This document shows positions 63,436 to 64,000 of a stretch of DNA of 64,000 nt, in pieces. The notes under the pieces were generated by a model. The model made no database searches, was not told where the DNA came from, and saw only the letters and a program-made list of their open reading frames with translations. The number at the start of each line of letters is the position of its first letter. The stretch's first letter is position 1. The stretch comes from Candidatus Omnitrophota bacterium (GTDB taxonomy: Bacteria > Omnitrophota > Gorgyraeia > Pluralincolimonadales > Pluralincolimonadaceae). Position numbers and translations under genes: made by a program. The stretch covers positions 2,478 to 66,477 of the forward strand of contig JBAZJG010000007.1 of the NCBI GenBank assembly GCA_041651455.1, given 5' to 3'.

Positions 63436-64000
63436 GTCCCATTAAGCTTTCGTAGAATTCCCTGTAATCTTCCTTCTTGTCGCTGCCCCGGAGCGCCATC
63501 GCGGAGCGGGGATGCTCGTCGAGTATCCCGGTTATGGCGTAAGGGATCAGGTAACCCCACTCTATCTTTTCCCTTAATGGTATGAACTCCTTCGATATTA
63601 GGTCGAGGATGGGGCGTATGTCGAATTTCGGGTTCTTCAGGAACCCGAGTATCAGCTCGAGCGGGCAGTTGCCGGCGGCCCTGCCGAGCCCATAGACCGT
63701 GCCGTCGACATAATTCGCGTCGTGGATTATCGCCTCTATAGTATTGCCGAAGGCAAGCTGCTGGTTGTTGTGCGCGTGTATGCCGATCTCCTTGCTCTTT
63801 ATTATATGTTTCGCCTTCTTGACAAGCAGTTCGGTCGTCTCCTGGTAGAGCGCGCCGTTGCTGTCGACGAGGTATATTACGCCGGCCTTGCACTCCTGTT
63901 CGAGCTGGTGGAACGCCTCGGTCAGTTCATTGTCCATCGCCCGCGATATGGCCATGATGTTTATGGTCGTCTCATAGCCCTTATCTGCGCAATGGTTGGC
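63419..64000 (-). CDS. HMGL-like / pyruvate carboxyltransferase (DRE-TIM metallolyase) family protein, partial (N-terminus beyond the window end)
   Basis: The frame is open to the window edge (...ANHCADKGYETTINIMAISRAMD...). The product contains IGIHAHNNQQLAFGNTIEAI, the HxH metal-binding motif of this family. Confidence 0.45.
   Translation of the reverse strand, partial: ANHCADKGYETTINIMAISRAMDNELTEAFHQLEQECKAGVIYLVDSNGALYQETTELLVKKAKHIIKSKEIGIHAHNNQQLAFGNTIEAIIHDANYVDGTVYGLGRAAGNCPLELILGFLKNPKFDIRPILDLISKEFIPLREKIEWGYLIPYAITGILDEHPRSAMALRGSDKKEDYREFYESLMGHGETQ

Noticed and set aside
1-64000. A search for rRNA, tRNA, integrase, transposase or CRISPR-cas genes
   Set aside because: I could not support any. 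The intergenic regions are short and no cloverleaf-like or IS-like sequences were apparent. The low-GC island has no flanking tRNA, integrase or direct repeats that I could see.

Overview
This is a 64 kb window of high-GC (roughly 55-60%) bacterial chromosome. I saw no rRNA, tRNA, CRISPR array or obvious mobile element, and genes occupy almost all of it. The content points to a strictly anaerobic lifestyle. From 1 to about 46.7 kb nearly every gene is on the minus strand.

Gene content, in order along the window:
1. A truncated TolC-like gene and a small AbrB-type regulator with a clear sigma70 promoter and palindromic operator.
2. A six-gene operon for a complex-I / group-4 hydrogenase-like membrane complex. 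It has NuoL-, NuoH-, HyfE- and NuoM-like subunits, a NuoC-NuoD fused 'large subunit' and a NuoB-like small subunit. The large subunit has lost all [NiFe]-ligating cysteines and there is no NuoI-like ferredoxin subunit, so it is an Ehr-type energy-converting hydrogenase-related complex.
3. An Rrf2(NsrR-like)-hcp unit with an NsrR-like palindromic operator in its promoter, followed by a translationally coupled methionine-rich membrane protein.
4. A low-GC island (~10.5-15.4 kb) encoding a 1060-aa secreted protein with a C-terminal GHSLGG alpha/beta-hydrolase domain plus two small secreted proteins. A PEP-CTERM protein follows.
5. A complete electron-bifurcating trimeric [FeFe]-hydrogenase locus: hydC, a separate 2Fe-2S ferredoxin, hydB and hydA, then an intrinsic terminator, a TM1266-like small regulator and the maturases hydF, hydG and hydE.
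6. CcdA, MntP and ExbBD.
7. A long signalling operon: receiver, HD-GYP phosphodiesterase, superoxide reductase, a PAS-PAS-GAF protein with a Cys-rich GAF insert, a hybrid sensor histidine kinase, and two further receivers.
8. pgi, then a GGDEF-PilZ cyclase carrying an internal 420-bp duplication.
9. A Fur/Zur-controlled metal uptake unit: Fur-family regulator, porin, ZIP transporter and OmpA-LysM protein, with a perfect 15-1-15 palindrome just upstream of the regulator gene.
10. A 1105-aa TPR protein with 102-bp tandem repeats and a degenerate split SGNH fold.
11. An exopolysaccharide / periplasmic glycosylation locus: GH5, GT2, a GT-C-like membrane protein, a TPR plus beta-barrel exporter and GT4, next to a CHASE2-GGDEF cyclase.
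12. Housekeeping genes: thioesterase, OprB porin, GMP synthase PP-loop subunit, carB, an AsmA-like protein and a partial HMGL-like gene.

The Ehr-like complex, the Met-rich protein downstream of hcp, the low-GC secreted-hydrolase island and the SOR-containing signalling operon are the most unusual elements.
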